Source of the DNA: Candidatus Thalassarchaeaceae archaeon
GTDB lineage: Archaea > Thermoplasmatota > Poseidoniia > Poseidoniales > Thalassarchaeaceae
NCBI GenBank assembly: GCA_023700255.1
Contig: JAJPRD010000001.1
Span: 53,566 to 117,565, forward strand
Reading direction: 5' to 3'
Length of the DNA: 64,000 bases
Part shown: piece by piece, positions 9,729 through 20,324 of the stretch
Numbering within the stretch: position 1 is the stretch's first letter
How the letters are laid out: every line of letters starts with the position of its first letter
Notes under the pieces: model-generated
Seen by the model: the letters and a program-made list of their open reading frames with translations, nothing else
Databases searched by the model: none
Told to the model about the DNA's origin: nothing
Program-made: the position numbers and the translations under genes

Positions 9729-12700
9729 TCTATTTGACTTACAATATATTTCACGGTAACTCCATCAACCTCGAATGAATCGAAATTATTTGATATATTT
9801 TCTTCGTTAAGTGTTGCATCCCCTGCTCTCGTTTCTGTCTGAATATGATTCCAATCCTCTGCAAATAAATCTTGTCCATCCACCCAAACTTCAAGTTTTA
9901 TTGATGATTCAATATCAAAATTAATTTCTTTTCTTTTAGCCTGAACATGCCTAATTATGTCTCTTGCCAATCCTTTCGATAATAATTCGTCATTAAGTTT
10001 CATATCTAATACTAGAGATACATCTCCAATTTCGTCGATAGATATAGTTGCCGCAGCATACCCATCTTTCTCAACTCTCTTGATTTCTATATCTTCCATA
10101 GTGATGTCATAACCTTCTATGATACAAATCTCTGCTTCTATTTCAAGTAGGATGTTATCTGGGTCCGCATCTGCCAATAAGTCCAATACTGCTGGTAAAT
10201 CTTGTCTACATTTCTTGCCTAATGCTTTACGATTTGGAGCGATTTGGATCTTTTGAAAACGATCTAAATCATCTTCAGTAGTTAACAATTCAACGTTTAA
10301 TTCCTCTGCTAAAATCTCATGGAACTCCGAAATATCTGGTCCTCCTACAATCCAACCGGATTTACACGGTAGCCGTTGCCTTCTACCAGCATTTACGCGC
10401 ACTCTTCTGCCAGTCTCTGCTAATTTTCTTACTAGAGCCATTTCTTGTTCCAAGACCCAGTTTTGAGGAGGTAAGTTACTAGGGACTAGTGATGAACCTA
10501 CTGGCCAATCAGTTAAATGAACTGATGTTCCAGTCAAATCTCTGTGTATTTGGTCAGGTATGAAAGGCGCTACTGGTGCCATTAGACGACAAACTGTCAA
10601 TAAAACTTCATGCAAGGTATGTTGACAGGCTCTTTTATCATTACTATCATCTTCATTCCAAAGACGTCTTCTCGATCTTCTAACATACCAGTTTGATAAA
10701 TCATTAATTACGAAATTTTCTAACTCTCTACCCGCTTTATGGAAATCCCATGATATGAAATTTTCATGGTAAGTCTCCGCAACGGTAGCCATACGGGACA
10801 GTATCCATTTGTCAAGAGGACTTCTATCTTTGACATTTATTTTCCCGGATTTTTCATCAGGATCAAAGCCATCTAAGGCTGCATAATCGGAATAGAAACG
10901 ATGAACATTCCATAGCGTCAAGAACATTTTCGCATAAGATTCTCTAACTCCATTAGAGTCAAAGTTAGTTGGTGTCCAAGGGGCACTCTGGGTCATCATA
11001 TACCATCGAATTGAATCGGATCCTTCTTTATTGAAATGATCCCATGGATTAACTACATTCCCTCTTGACTTACTCATTTTCTTCCCATCTTTATCCAATA
11101 TATGCCCTAGTGATAGGCATCTCTTATATGCGACATTATCGAAAACAGTTGTTGATACGGCAAGTAATGAATAGAACCACCCTCTTGTTTGGTCGACAGC
11201 TTCACAAATATAATCGACAGGAAATACTCCTTCGAATTTTTCTTTATTCTCAAATGGATAATGCCACTGAGCGAAAGATGCGCATCCTGAATCAAACCAG
11301 CAATCCATTACATAAGGTTCTCTAATCATCTCTCCTGAACATCCTTTATTGTTGCAATTTAATTTCACATCATCTACATATGGTCGATGTAATTCGGGAG
11401 GTGTCGGTGAATCATTAGTTTTCATAGAAATCATTTCATCAATACTTCCTATACAATGTTCATGTTGACAATCTTGACATATCCATACTGGAATCGGTGT
11501 CCCCCAGTATCTTTCACGACTTATTGCCCAGTCTTTGATATTTGATAGCCATTCGCCCATCCTCTTTGCTCCAGTCCATTCTGGAGCCCATTCAACTTGT
11601 GAATTAAATTCAAGAATTTGTTCACGAACCGCAGTCATTCTTACGAACCAACTATCCATGGCATAGTACAACAATGGATGATCAGTTCTCCAACAGTGTG
11701 GGTAATCGTGAGTGTAAATATGTTCTCGGTATAACTGCCCATTAGAACTCAACAAGTCAATTATATCTGAATCACATTCTTTGACATATCTATTATCTAG
11801 TGTCTCATGTGTTCCTTCTATGAATTTTCCATCTATTCCAACAGTATGCTGTGCCGGAAATCCTTCTTTCATTCCAAGGTTATAATCATCTTCTCCATAC
11901 ATTACAGCAGTATGAACGACTCCAGTGCCATCACTCGTAGTGACAAAGTCTGCTCCAACTACAGTCCATGCATTGGAATTTTCTCCATCTATAGCTCCGG
12001 GGAATAGTGGTTCATATGATTTGCCTAATAATTCAGAACCAGGGAACTCTTCTAAAACTTCCATTTTATGTCGTAGAACATTTCCAAGTAAATCTTTAGC
12101 CAATATCAATTCTTCTCCAACATCTGCTCCCCCCCTACCTTCCCAAGAATTTGAAGGTTCAGTAGTAATTTTTACTCGACAGTAGGTGACTTCTGGTCCC
12201 ACAGCTAGACCAACATTACCAGGCAAAGTCCAAGGCGTAGTAGTCCAGGCTAATATTGAGGAATTACTATCTTTTAATTGGAATTTAACAAAAACTGCCG
12301 GTTCTGAAACTTCTTTGTACCCTTGGGCTACTTCGTGGCTAGAGTAACTTGTTCCAGTCTGTGGACAGTATGGTAAAACTTTGTGACCTCTGAATAGAAG
12401 TCCTTTGTCAAACATTTGTTTTAATGACCACCAAGCGGATTCTATATAATTGTCATGAAGAGTGACATACGGGTCATCCATATCTACCCAGAATCCCATT
12501 CTTTCAGTCATTTCTCTCCAAGCTTGTTCATAGGTCCAAACACTTTCTTTACATTTCTGATTGAATGCTTCCATACCATAAGCCTCAATAGCTTCATTAG
12601 ACATCAAATCAAGTTGCTTCTGAACCTCAATTTCTACAGGCAGACCATGAGTGTCCCAGCCGGCCTTTCTCTCAACAATATGGCCTTCCATAGTTTTCCA

Positions 12701-12916
12701 TCTACAAACCATGTCTTTGTAGAGTCTTGATATTACATGATGTATTCCAGGTTTTCCATTGGCAGTAGGAGGTCCTTCGAGGAAGGTAAATGGTGACTCG
12801 CCACCTCTACGATTTTCAATAGACTCAGCGAATGTTTTCTCATTATTCCATATTTCAATTAAAGAGGTCTCAAGAGCGACCGGGTCGAGTTCACCAGCTG
12901 CCTTAGGTACGGTCAT
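9725..12916 (-). CDS. ileS: Isoleucine--tRNA ligase (archaeal/eukaryote type)
   Basis: EGPPTANGKPGIHH, GWDTHGLP, WTTTPWTLP, DQTRGWFY, KMSKS. Confidence 0.97.
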   Translation of the reverse strand: MTVPKAAGELDPVALETSLIEIWNNEKTFAESIENRRGGESPFTFLEGPPTANGKPGIHHVISRLYKDMVCRWKTMEGHIVERKAGWDTHGLPVEIEVQKQLDLMSNEAIEAYGMEAFNQKCKESVWTYEQAWREMTERMGFWVDMDDPYVTLHDNYIESAWWSLKQMFDKGLLFRGHKVLPYCPQTGTSYSSHEVAQGYKEVSEPAVFVKFQLKDSNSSILAWTTTPWTLPGNVGLAVGPEVTYCRVKITTEPSNSWEGRGGADVGEELILAKDLLGNVLRHKMEVLEEFPGSELLGKSYEPLFPGAIDGENSNAWTVVGADFVTTSDGTGVVHTAVMYGEDDYNLGMKEGFPAQHTVGIDGKFIEGTHETLDNRYVKECDSDIIDLLSSNGQLYREHIYTHDYPHCWRTDHPLLYYAMDSWFVRMTAVREQILEFNSQVEWAPEWTGAKRMGEWLSNIKDWAISRERYWGTPIPVWICQDCQHEHCIGSIDEMISMKTNDSPTPPELHRPYVDDVKLNCNNKGCSGEMIREPYVMDCWFDSGCASFAQWHYPFENKEKFEGVFPVDYICEAVDQTRGWFYSLLAVSTTVFDNVAYKRCLSLGHILDKDGKKMSKSRGNVVNPWDHFNKEGSDSIRWYMMTQSAPWTPTNFDSNGVRESYAKMFLTLWNVHRFYSDYAALDGFDPDEKSGKINVKDRSPLDKWILSRMATVAETYHENFISWDFHKAGRELENFVINDLSNWYVRRSRRRLWNEDDSNDKRACQHTLHEVLLTVCRLMAPVAPFIPDQIHRDLTGTSVHLTDWPVGSSLVPSNLPPQNWVLEQEMALVRKLAETGRRVRVNAGRRQRLPCKSGWIVGGPDISEFHEILAEELNVELLTTEDDLDRFQKIQIAPNRKALGKKCRQDLPAVLDLLADADPDNILLEIEAEICIIEGYDITMEDIEIKRVEKDGYAAATISIDEIGDVSLVLDMKLNDELLSKGLARDIIRHVQAKRKEINFDIESSIKLEVWVDGQDLFAEDWNHIQTETRAGDATLNEENISNNFDSFEVDGVTVKYIVSQID

Positions 12917-13021
12917 GTTGATACCGACAGGATATGCTTTCTTGAACGTGACGAATCAAGATGAAACTGAATTACCAAATAACCACGCCTTCAAAAGGTA
13001 GTGCCTAGTGGAAGATATTAG

Positions 13022-13663
13022 ATGTCAGAGGCAGTTTCAATAGAGGTTGGTGGAATGACCTGTACCGGTTGCTCTGATAGAGTCAGAAATGCTCTTGAAG
13101 AAATCACTGGAGTTCATTCAGCGGAAGTTTCTCATGAATCAGGAATAGCTATAATTCAACATGAGAATGTATCTAGAGATTCAATGGCATCTAGTATCCA
13201 GTCGATAGGCTATACAGTTGATGGTAAGGGTGAAGAATTTAATTGGCGCGATAGTAGTGTTTGGAAACAATCAGCACACAATACAAAGTGGTGTTTAGTT
13301 GGTTGCAGCATTGGTGATTTTGGCACTATTGCATCATTCCAATTTGTATTTACTGATTCAGGCTGGACTCCTATGATGATCATGGCGCTGGCTATGTTTA
13401 ATGGAATTATGACCTCCATCGCACTTGAGACAGCAATATTATCTGCTCAAATGGCTTTGAAAGAGGCTTTCAAGGTAGCAGTCGGGATGTCATTAATTTC
13501 AATGATTTCTATGGAGGCTGCAATGAATACAGTGGATTTAGTTTTGACAGGTGGTGCCAAACTTACCTGGTGGGTAATTATACCTATGTTCATAGCGGGA
13601 TTCCTTGCTCCTTGGCCATATAATTATTGGAGACTGAAGAAATACGGTGTCGCATGTCATTAA
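13022..13663 (+). CDS. Heavy-metal-associated (HMA) domain fused to DUF4396-like membrane domain
   Basis: GMTCTGC HMA motif; TKWCLVGCSIGD, Met-rich TMs, PYNYWRLKKYG..CH. Confidence 0.8.
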   Translation: MSEAVSIEVGGMTCTGCSDRVRNALEEITGVHSAEVSHESGIAIIQHENVSRDSMASSIQSIGYTVDGKGEEFNWRDSSVWKQSAHNTKWCLVGCSIGDFGTIASFQFVFTDSGWTPMMIMALAMFNGIMTSIALETAILSAQMALKEAFKVAVGMSLISMISMEAAMNTVDLVLTGGAKLTWWVIIPMFIAGFLAPWPYNYWRLKKYGVACH

Positions 13664-13675
13664 GGTGGTATTAGA

Positions 13676-14461
13676 ATGTCGAAATGGAAGAGTCTTAGCG
13701 AAGATATCTCCAATTGGATTTTGAATTATGCCAATAGCAATAATATTTCTACTCTAGTAGTTGGAGTTTCAGGAGGTATCGATTCTGCTGTGACTTCTAC
13801 ACTTTGTGCTAAAACAGGTTTGAGAACTCTAGTAGTCAATATGCCGATACATCAGAATGATTCTGAGTATAATCTTTCTAATCAACATATGATGTGGTTG
13901 AGGTCAAATTGGGATAATGTCGAAAGTCATGTCATTAACTTATCAGAAACTTTTGATGTTTTGAAAAACGAACTTAGTAAGAAAAAAGTCTCTGATCTCG
14001 CCATGGCAAATACTAGAGCTAGAATTCGAATGACTGCATTGTATTCGTTAGCTGGTTCAAATAATGGTATAGTGGTAGGTACTGGGAATAAGGTTGAAGA
14101 TTTGGGGGTAGGATTCTTCACCAAGTATGGAGACGGAGGTGTAGATATTTCTCCTATTGCTGATTTGTATAAATCAGAGGTTTACTCCTTAGCAGAGTCA
14201 TTAGATGTAATTGCTGAGATTCAGAATGCATCACCTACTGACGGATTATGGGATGATGGTAGAACCGATGAAGATCAAATAGGTGCTACATATGATGAGT
14301 TAGAATGGGCTATGAATGAAATTGAGAATCCATCTGTTGAAATAGAACTTAATGAAAGACTTGCCCAAGTGATGAAAATATATCTAAAACTTAATCTAAT
14401 GAATTCTCACAAAATGCACCCTATTCCTATTTTCAAAAACACAAACAGAAAACTCCAATAA
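13676..14461 (+). CDS. nadE: NH3-dependent NAD+ synthetase
   Basis: VGVSGGIDSAV, ANTRARIRM, GFFTKYGDGG, PTDGLW..TDEDQIG. Confidence 0.95.
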   Translation: MSKWKSLSEDISNWILNYANSNNISTLVVGVSGGIDSAVTSTLCAKTGLRTLVVNMPIHQNDSEYNLSNQHMMWLRSNWDNVESHVINLSETFDVLKNELSKKKVSDLAMANTRARIRMTALYSLAGSNNGIVVGTGNKVEDLGVGFFTKYGDGGVDISPIADLYKSEVYSLAESLDVIAEIQNASPTDGLWDDGRTDEDQIGATYDELEWAMNEIENPSVEIELNERLAQVMKIYLKLNLMNSHKMHPIPIFKNTNRKLQ

Positions 14462-14483
14462 GTAGATTAGACATAAGAAGTCT

Positions 14484-15005
14484 ATGGAATCAAATCAAAG
14501 TTATGCAGATAGCGGCCACCTTATGGCAGTTGAATTCGATAAAAAGATAACTATTTATTGGTGGATGGTTGCTAATTTGACTTTACTTTCCAGTATTGTT
14601 GGTATACCATTGATGATTTTCTGGTTGCCATTTGGATGGTTAGTTCATCTGAAACAGTACCAGCACATGTCCGCGGCATTGACTGATCGTTCGGTTAACA
14701 TGCGCGTGGGTTGGATGTTCAAGAAACAGCAGAATATTCCATTAGACAAGCTAACTGATGTGTCAATACATGAGGGACCAATTCTGAATGCATTTGGAGT
14801 TGTCAAGATGCAGTTCGAGACTGCTGGAGCTGCTCCATTCATTTTAACCGGGGTAAAAAACTCCAGTGAATTCCGTGACCTTGTACTGAAGCAAAGAGAC
14901 TTATTAGTTTCTAATCCCCAGCAAATGTCACCTTCAGTAGGCTCAAATGATGTACTTGTCGAGATTAGAGATTTACTAAAGAGTATAGATTCTAGACTCG
15001 AATAA
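14484..15005 (+). CDS. Membrane protein with bacterial PH domain (bPH_2/YdbS-like)
   Basis: TM hairpin then IPLDKLTDVSIHEGP..FG..FETAG. Confidence 0.7.
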   Translation: MESNQSYADSGHLMAVEFDKKITIYWWMVANLTLLSSIVGIPLMIFWLPFGWLVHLKQYQHMSAALTDRSVNMRVGWMFKKQQNIPLDKLTDVSIHEGPILNAFGVVKMQFETAGAAPFILTGVKNSSEFRDLVLKQRDLLVSNPQQMSPSVGSNDVLVEIRDLLKSIDSRLE

Positions 15006-15077
15006 GACGCACGTTAGTGATGAATTGTTCAATGTCATGTTACAAAATACCAATACTGGTTACTTCCCGCAATATAC

Positions 15078-15605
15078 ATGGCTGAAGATCTCGAGGAACC
15101 AAAATACGACTTAGTTAGTAATTTCGGGTCTTTTGAGACTCGTCTTTATCATGATACAATACAAGCTCGTGTTAATACAAATAGTGAAGATCAAGATAGC
15201 ATTTCTAATGGCTTCAGAACTATAGCGGGATACATATTCGGAAGTAATGATTCAGGTGAAAAAATAGCGATGACCGCTCCAGTTCATATGTGGAGCGAAC
15301 AGGGGATTATGAAAATGGCTTTTACAATGCCTTCTGAGCACGATTTATCTGATTTACCAGTGCCCAATAATTCATCTATTGAGGTTGTAGAGGTCACTGG
15401 AAGATTGACTGCTGTAATGAAATTTTCTGGTTTTGCAGGCCGAGCAAAGATTCGTAAATTAAGTGTCAATCTTTTAAAATTAATTTCACAAAATAAATTA
15501 GAACCTATATCCTCTCACATCTTGGCAATTTATGACAATCCTTGGACTACATTGCCTTTCTTGAGAAGAAATGAGATATTGGTGCCAATAAAAGATAATT
15601 CTTAG
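15078..15605 (+). CDS. SOUL family heme-binding protein
   Basis: EEPKY, GFRTIAGYIFG.N, IAMTAPV, YDNPWT..RRNEI. Confidence 0.88.
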   Translation: MAEDLEEPKYDLVSNFGSFETRLYHDTIQARVNTNSEDQDSISNGFRTIAGYIFGSNDSGEKIAMTAPVHMWSEQGIMKMAFTMPSEHDLSDLPVPNNSSIEVVEVTGRLTAVMKFSGFAGRAKIRKLSVNLLKLISQNKLEPISSHILAIYDNPWTTLPFLRRNEILVPIKDNS

Positions 15606-15636
15606 TTTTATATGATATAGTTTGAAGGTGCGAGAT

Positions 15637-16353
15637 ATGAATATGCAGAGGTGTGGTGAAGATGAAGTTCTTGCAGCTATTGAGGGTGATGAAAAAATCA
15701 GTCTTATTTTAGTTAAGAGAGATACTACATCAATTAAACTTACAACGATTATATCTTACGCTGAAAAATCGGGTATTAAAATTATTCATGGGTCTGAAAA
15801 TGACCTCTGGCGTATGTCTCGGGACAATAGTAATGGTATTCCAAATATACTTGCTTTAGTCGGCCGTAACCCCGATTCATCTTTGGAAGAGGTATTTTCT
15901 AGTGGTGGACTTGTTTGGCTTCTTGCAGGGGCAGCATATCCAGTGAATATCGGTTTCTGTATTCGTACTGCTGAAGTTTCTGGAGCAAATGCAGTCATAA
16001 TCGACGCTCAACTCAATAATCATGAAAGAAGTGCTGCAAAACGTGCCTCGATGAAAGCTCATAGATTTTTACCCGTTCATTGGACATCTGGCTATGAAGC
16101 TATATTAATGGCTAAGAAATTCGGTTTTCGAATAATTTCAGTAGAAGATGTAGGTGAATCTGCACCATGGGATGTAGATATGACTGGTAATGTGGTTCTG
16201 ATAGTAGGTGGTGAAAGGAATGGAATACCTGCAGATATTTTAGCGGAATCCGATGAAATAGTTCGTATACCTATGTCTGGTTTTGTTCAATCATTTAATT
16301 TACAGGCTCCATTAAGTGCGGTTGCCATTGAAGCACAAAGACAGAGAAGTTAG
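15637..16353 (+). CDS. TrmH/SpoU family RNA 2'-O-methyltransferase
   Basis: NIGFCIRTA, GGERNGI, IPMSG..SFNL SPOUT motifs; start uncertain (15622-15643). Confidence 0.85.
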   Translation: MNMQRCGEDEVLAAIEGDEKISLILVKRDTTSIKLTTIISYAEKSGIKIIHGSENDLWRMSRDNSNGIPNILALVGRNPDSSLEEVFSSGGLVWLLAGAAYPVNIGFCIRTAEVSGANAVIIDAQLNNHERSAAKRASMKAHRFLPVHWTSGYEAILMAKKFGFRIISVEDVGESAPWDVDMTGNVVLIVGGERNGIPADILAESDEIVRIPMSGFVQSFNLQAPLSAVAIEAQRQRS

Positions 16354-16410
16354 TCGATAACCATAAAATCACCTTTATGCTTTATTGAGTTCCTATACAG
16401 CCCGTCTATT

Positions 16411-18156
16411 GTGAATGTACCAGATGAGTTGATCTTGATGCTTGATGGCAAGCATGGACCTACTAAACAGAAGGCCGCGCGACTTGTCGTAGATCTTGCC
16501 TCTACAGCAGGGGCAACTGAATTTGTTAGATGTGAACATGCTCATGTTTCAGGAGTTAGCGTAATTACTGGAGGCCATGGTCTCCGTAGATTTCTTTCAG
16601 ATTTAGCAGGTGATACTGAAGGTGTTGTTTCAATACCAACAACTCTGAATTCGGCTGGTTGTGATAGGGAGAAAATGGAAGAAATGGGTATTGATTATCC
16701 TGATTTTTTGAAGCATCAGTTTGAAATTATCGAAGCTTATTCGAATTTAGGAATTGATGCCACCTTATCTTGCACACCTTATGACAGAGGAGTGGAATTA
16801 GCTGAAGGAATTGGTTCTTGGGCTGAATCAAATGCAGTTTGTTTCTCGAATTCTTATACTTCTCTAATTACGAACAGAGAATCAGGATTATCCGCATTAG
16901 CTACAGCATTAACCGGCTGGGCTCCTCTATGGGGTCTTCATCTTGAAATGAATCGATTCCCTAATATTCATGTTAAAGTTCAATGTTCAATGTCTAATAT
17001 TTCCGATTGGAGTATATTGGGTGATTGGATAGGCAAACAGATTCGTCCTGAATGGAAATTACCATGGGGAATGATGCCTCACATTTCGGGTCTCCCTGAA
17101 CACGCTAGTTTTGAAATGCGCAAAGCTCTAACTGCAGCAGCTGCAAATTATGGTTGTCCTATGCTTTGGGCTGATGGCCATACAGTATCTCCTCCTGATC
17201 TTAATTTATATGAAGGTGAATTAGAATTTACTGAACATGATTTACAGCTTCGTTATCAGCAATTAGCACCCAAAGGAATTGTTGACTTAGTAGTAATTGG
17301 CTGTCCGCAAGCAAGTGTCGGCGAAGTTAGAACCACAGCTGCTTATGTGCGTTCTCGAATGGAATTAGGTGAAATTATTCCAAATCAAAGATTATGGATA
17401 TTCACCAGCGGTCATAATTATGAGATATTAGAATCGGATGGGACTATCGATCTTCTTGAAGATGCTGGTGCTCTAGTTTTGAGGGATACATGCCCGGAAG
17501 TAACTCCTTATAATAGAAATAAATACAACCATATTTTGACAAATTCTCTAAAGGCAGAACACTATCTTACTTCGGGTTTGAATAAAATGCCTACCAGCGT
17601 ATCTACAATTTCTGAATGCGTATCTCACGCTTTTGACCCTAATTTAATTGAATCACCAAGACCTAAATTAGATTCTAGTAATGCCAAGCCAATGTACTCT
17701 AATAAGTCTCATCAATCTGGCCAAATAAGTATTACTGGGAAAAGTATTCCAAGTCAAAATGAATGGGTAGTCGAAGGTACTGCTTTAGTTACTGATGTCC
17801 CAATTACATACTTGGGATACGTGAATCGAGATACTGGAGTTATAGAAGAAAAAGGTCATCCTCTCGATGGCGTAGCAATTGAAGATACTGTTCTGATATA
17901 TCCTAAAGGTTCTGGTTCAACCGTTGCTCCATTTGTATTAATGGGATTGATATATACAGGGAAAGGCCCTAAAGCGATTATAAATTGTGATGTTTGTCCC
18001 CTTACTTTACCAGCGGCTTCGTTACTTAATGTACCTTATGCGCATGGTTTTGCCTCTAACCCTACTCTAGACATTAACAATGGGGATAGAGTATCAGTAT
18101 CTCTTGAAGATGGAATTGTTCGTCTCTCAGTCATATCTCGCACAAGCGAGGATTGA
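16411..18156 (+). CDS. Aconitase X fusion (DUF521 large + DUF126 swivel domain); probable phosphomevalonate dehydratase
   Basis: HVSGVS, SCTPY, WAESNA..TNRE, IGCPQ, DTC in the N-part; GVI..GHPL.G, GSGSTV in the C-part. Confidence 0.82.
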   Translation: MNVPDELILMLDGKHGPTKQKAARLVVDLASTAGATEFVRCEHAHVSGVSVITGGHGLRRFLSDLAGDTEGVVSIPTTLNSAGCDREKMEEMGIDYPDFLKHQFEIIEAYSNLGIDATLSCTPYDRGVELAEGIGSWAESNAVCFSNSYTSLITNRESGLSALATALTGWAPLWGLHLEMNRFPNIHVKVQCSMSNISDWSILGDWIGKQIRPEWKLPWGMMPHISGLPEHASFEMRKALTAAAANYGCPMLWADGHTVSPPDLNLYEGELEFTEHDLQLRYQQLAPKGIVDLVVIGCPQASVGEVRTTAAYVRSRMELGEIIPNQRLWIFTSGHNYEILESDGTIDLLEDAGALVLRDTCPEVTPYNRNKYNHILTNSLKAEHYLTSGLNKMPTSVSTISECVSHAFDPNLIESPRPKLDSSNAKPMYSNKSHQSGQISITGKSIPSQNEWVVEGTALVTDVPITYLGYVNRDTGVIEEKGHPLDGVAIEDTVLIYPKGSGSTVAPFVLMGLIYTGKGPKAIINCDVCPLTLPAASLLNVPYAHGFASNPTLDINNGDRVSVSLEDGIVRLSVISRTSED

Positions 18157-18182
18157 TGACTCGATAGTGTCACAGACCTCTT

Positions 18183-20324
18183 GTGAGTACCCGTCCTGAT
18201 CCTGTTCCTTGCCGCCCTCAAGATTTAGGGAAATTTGAGATTTTACAACGCGATGGTTCCGCAAGAATTGGACGTTTACATACTAAACACGGTATGCTCA
18301 ACACTCCAATGCTTCTTCCAGTAGTCAATCCTAATATTCGAACCATAGAACCTCGAGAAATGTGGGATAAATATCGAGTCGATGGTCTAATTACAAACTC
18401 TTATGTGATGTGGAAACATAATGATTTAAGTGAATATGCTCTAGAACATGGAGTCCATAAATTGATTGATTTTCCTGGTGTTGTTGTAACTGATTCTGGT
18501 ACATTCCAGTCTTATGTATATGGTGATGTTGAAGTTGGAGTTGAAGAGATAGTCGAATTTCAGAGAGATATTGGAGTAGATGTGGGGACTATGCTTGATG
18601 TATTCGGTCGACCTGATATGAGTCGAGACCAAATTATTTCTGCAGTTGATATAACTGCAGAAAGAGCGCCTATTTCTCTTGAAAAGGCAGGTGAGGGACT
18701 ACTTCTTAATGGGCCTATTCAAGGAGGTTTACATGATGATCTTAGAGCATTGGCAGGACAAGTTATGGGAGATGTCAGTGGCGTCCATAGAGGATTCACA
18801 GTTCACCCAATAGGTGGAATAGTGCCTTTAATGGAGAATCAAAAGTATAGAGAGTTATTTCAAATTCTTCTTTCCGCTAAATCTACTTTACCACCAAATA
18901 GACCGATTCATCTATTCGGATGTGGTCACCCACTACTTTTCCCGATGTCAATTGCTCTGGGAGTGGATATTTTTGATTCTGCTGCTTATGCACTTTTTGC
19001 TAGAGGTGGTCGTCTTCTAACACCTACTGGGACAGTTCGATTAGAAGAAATACAAGAATGGCCTCATCAATCTTCTGAACTATTTAATTGGACTCCTGAG
19101 GAGGTGCGAGGGATGGAATCTAAAGAACGTGAGAAAGTGTTAGCTAGACATAATTTGGAAGTCACTCAATCGGAATTAGCACGCTGCCGTGAAGCAATCC
19201 GAAATGGTAAAATATGGCAACTTGCAGAAGAAAGAAGTCATTCATCAGGTCAATTAAGAGAAGCATTTTTATGGGTTTTAGAACAATTAGATGAACCTGA
19301 TGATGGTCCGGTGGGAGTTTCTGCAATGAGGATGATTTCATCTACTAATCCTGTAAGGAGTGGTGGTGAAAACTTAGTCGATGATATTGAAGAAAGACCT
19401 CATATTTTACATTTCAAATCATTACTTTCTATGAGGTGGAGAATCCCTGGTTCTTGGTGGGACGGTTCTTCAGGCCCTCCTAAGCGTGTTGTAATAATTG
19501 AGGGTTCCAAACCTCCATGGAGAGACAGCTCATTACATACAGTAATTTCCAGTTTGAAAGAGGAACCAAACTCGATAGTCGTTATATCAACTCCCATTGG
19601 TTTAATCCCTTATAGTATGGAAGATGTGTCCCCTTGGTGTCATATTGATGGTTCTGATGAAATTTGGGACTTGCCATTAGATGAAGATGAGATAGTTGAG
19701 GAGTTAGATGAATTAGATTTATCTGACTTGCCATTTATTAGAATTTCACCAGGCCCAGTTCCTGAAGAAAAAATCGAAGGGTCTCAAATAATTCGTGATT
19801 GGCTAGATAAATGTTCGATAGTGGATAAACTTTCGGTTTTGAACGGTTTATCTCCAACTTATGGCTGTAAGATAACGTCGGATATGACAAGTAGGAGGTC
19901 GAAAACAGATAGGATGGTAAATCTATATTCAAAGGGAGTTCATGTCATCTCTCCTCGACTAAATGATGGAGGGATTTCTTTAACCTTGGAGGGTGCACGA
20001 CTGCTTCATTCTTATTCATCCAAACCTCCTCTTTCTTTTGGTGAAGAATATAGTGGTGAAGAATTAGATCATCCAGGTATTGCTAGAGTGATGATTATAG
20101 ATGACGCAATACCATTTGTGGGTCAAGGTAGGAATGTCATGCAAGGTTATGTTTTAGGGGCTGACCCTCATCTTATTCCGGGCCAGCCGTGCTTAGTCGT
20201 AGATTCTAAGGGTAATTTGGTTGCCCATGGTCTTGCTATAACTACTGCTAGAGAAATGGCATATCTCAATAAAGGCCTAGCGGTTAGAATCCGTGATGGT
20301 GCCCTTAAGGATTCAGATATTTAA
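18183..20324 (+). CDS. tgtA: tRNA-guanine(15) transglycosylase (archaeosine TGT) with C-terminal PUA domain
   Basis: ARIGRL.TKHG..TP, TDSGTFQ, IGGIVPLME, HLFGCGHP, DIFDSAAY; PUA PFVGQGRNV. Confidence 0.93.
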   Translation: MSTRPDPVPCRPQDLGKFEILQRDGSARIGRLHTKHGMLNTPMLLPVVNPNIRTIEPREMWDKYRVDGLITNSYVMWKHNDLSEYALEHGVHKLIDFPGVVVTDSGTFQSYVYGDVEVGVEEIVEFQRDIGVDVGTMLDVFGRPDMSRDQIISAVDITAERAPISLEKAGEGLLLNGPIQGGLHDDLRALAGQVMGDVSGVHRGFTVHPIGGIVPLMENQKYRELFQILLSAKSTLPPNRPIHLFGCGHPLLFPMSIALGVDIFDSAAYALFARGGRLLTPTGTVRLEEIQEWPHQSSELFNWTPEEVRGMESKEREKVLARHNLEVTQSELARCREAIRNGKIWQLAEERSHSSGQLREAFLWVLEQLDEPDDGPVGVSAMRMISSTNPVRSGGENLVDDIEERPHILHFKSLLSMRWRIPGSWWDGSSGPPKRVVIIEGSKPPWRDSSLHTVISSLKEEPNSIVVISTPIGLIPYSMEDVSPWCHIDGSDEIWDLPLDEDEIVEELDELDLSDLPFIRISPGPVPEEKIEGSQIIRDWLDKCSIVDKLSVLNGLSPTYGCKITSDMTSRRSKTDRMVNLYSKGVHVISPRLNDGGISLTLEGARLLHSYSSKPPLSFGEEYSGEELDHPGIARVMIIDDAIPFVGQGRNVMQGYVLGADPHLIPGQPCLVVDSKGNLVAHGLAITTAREMAYLNKGLAVRIRDGALKDSDI

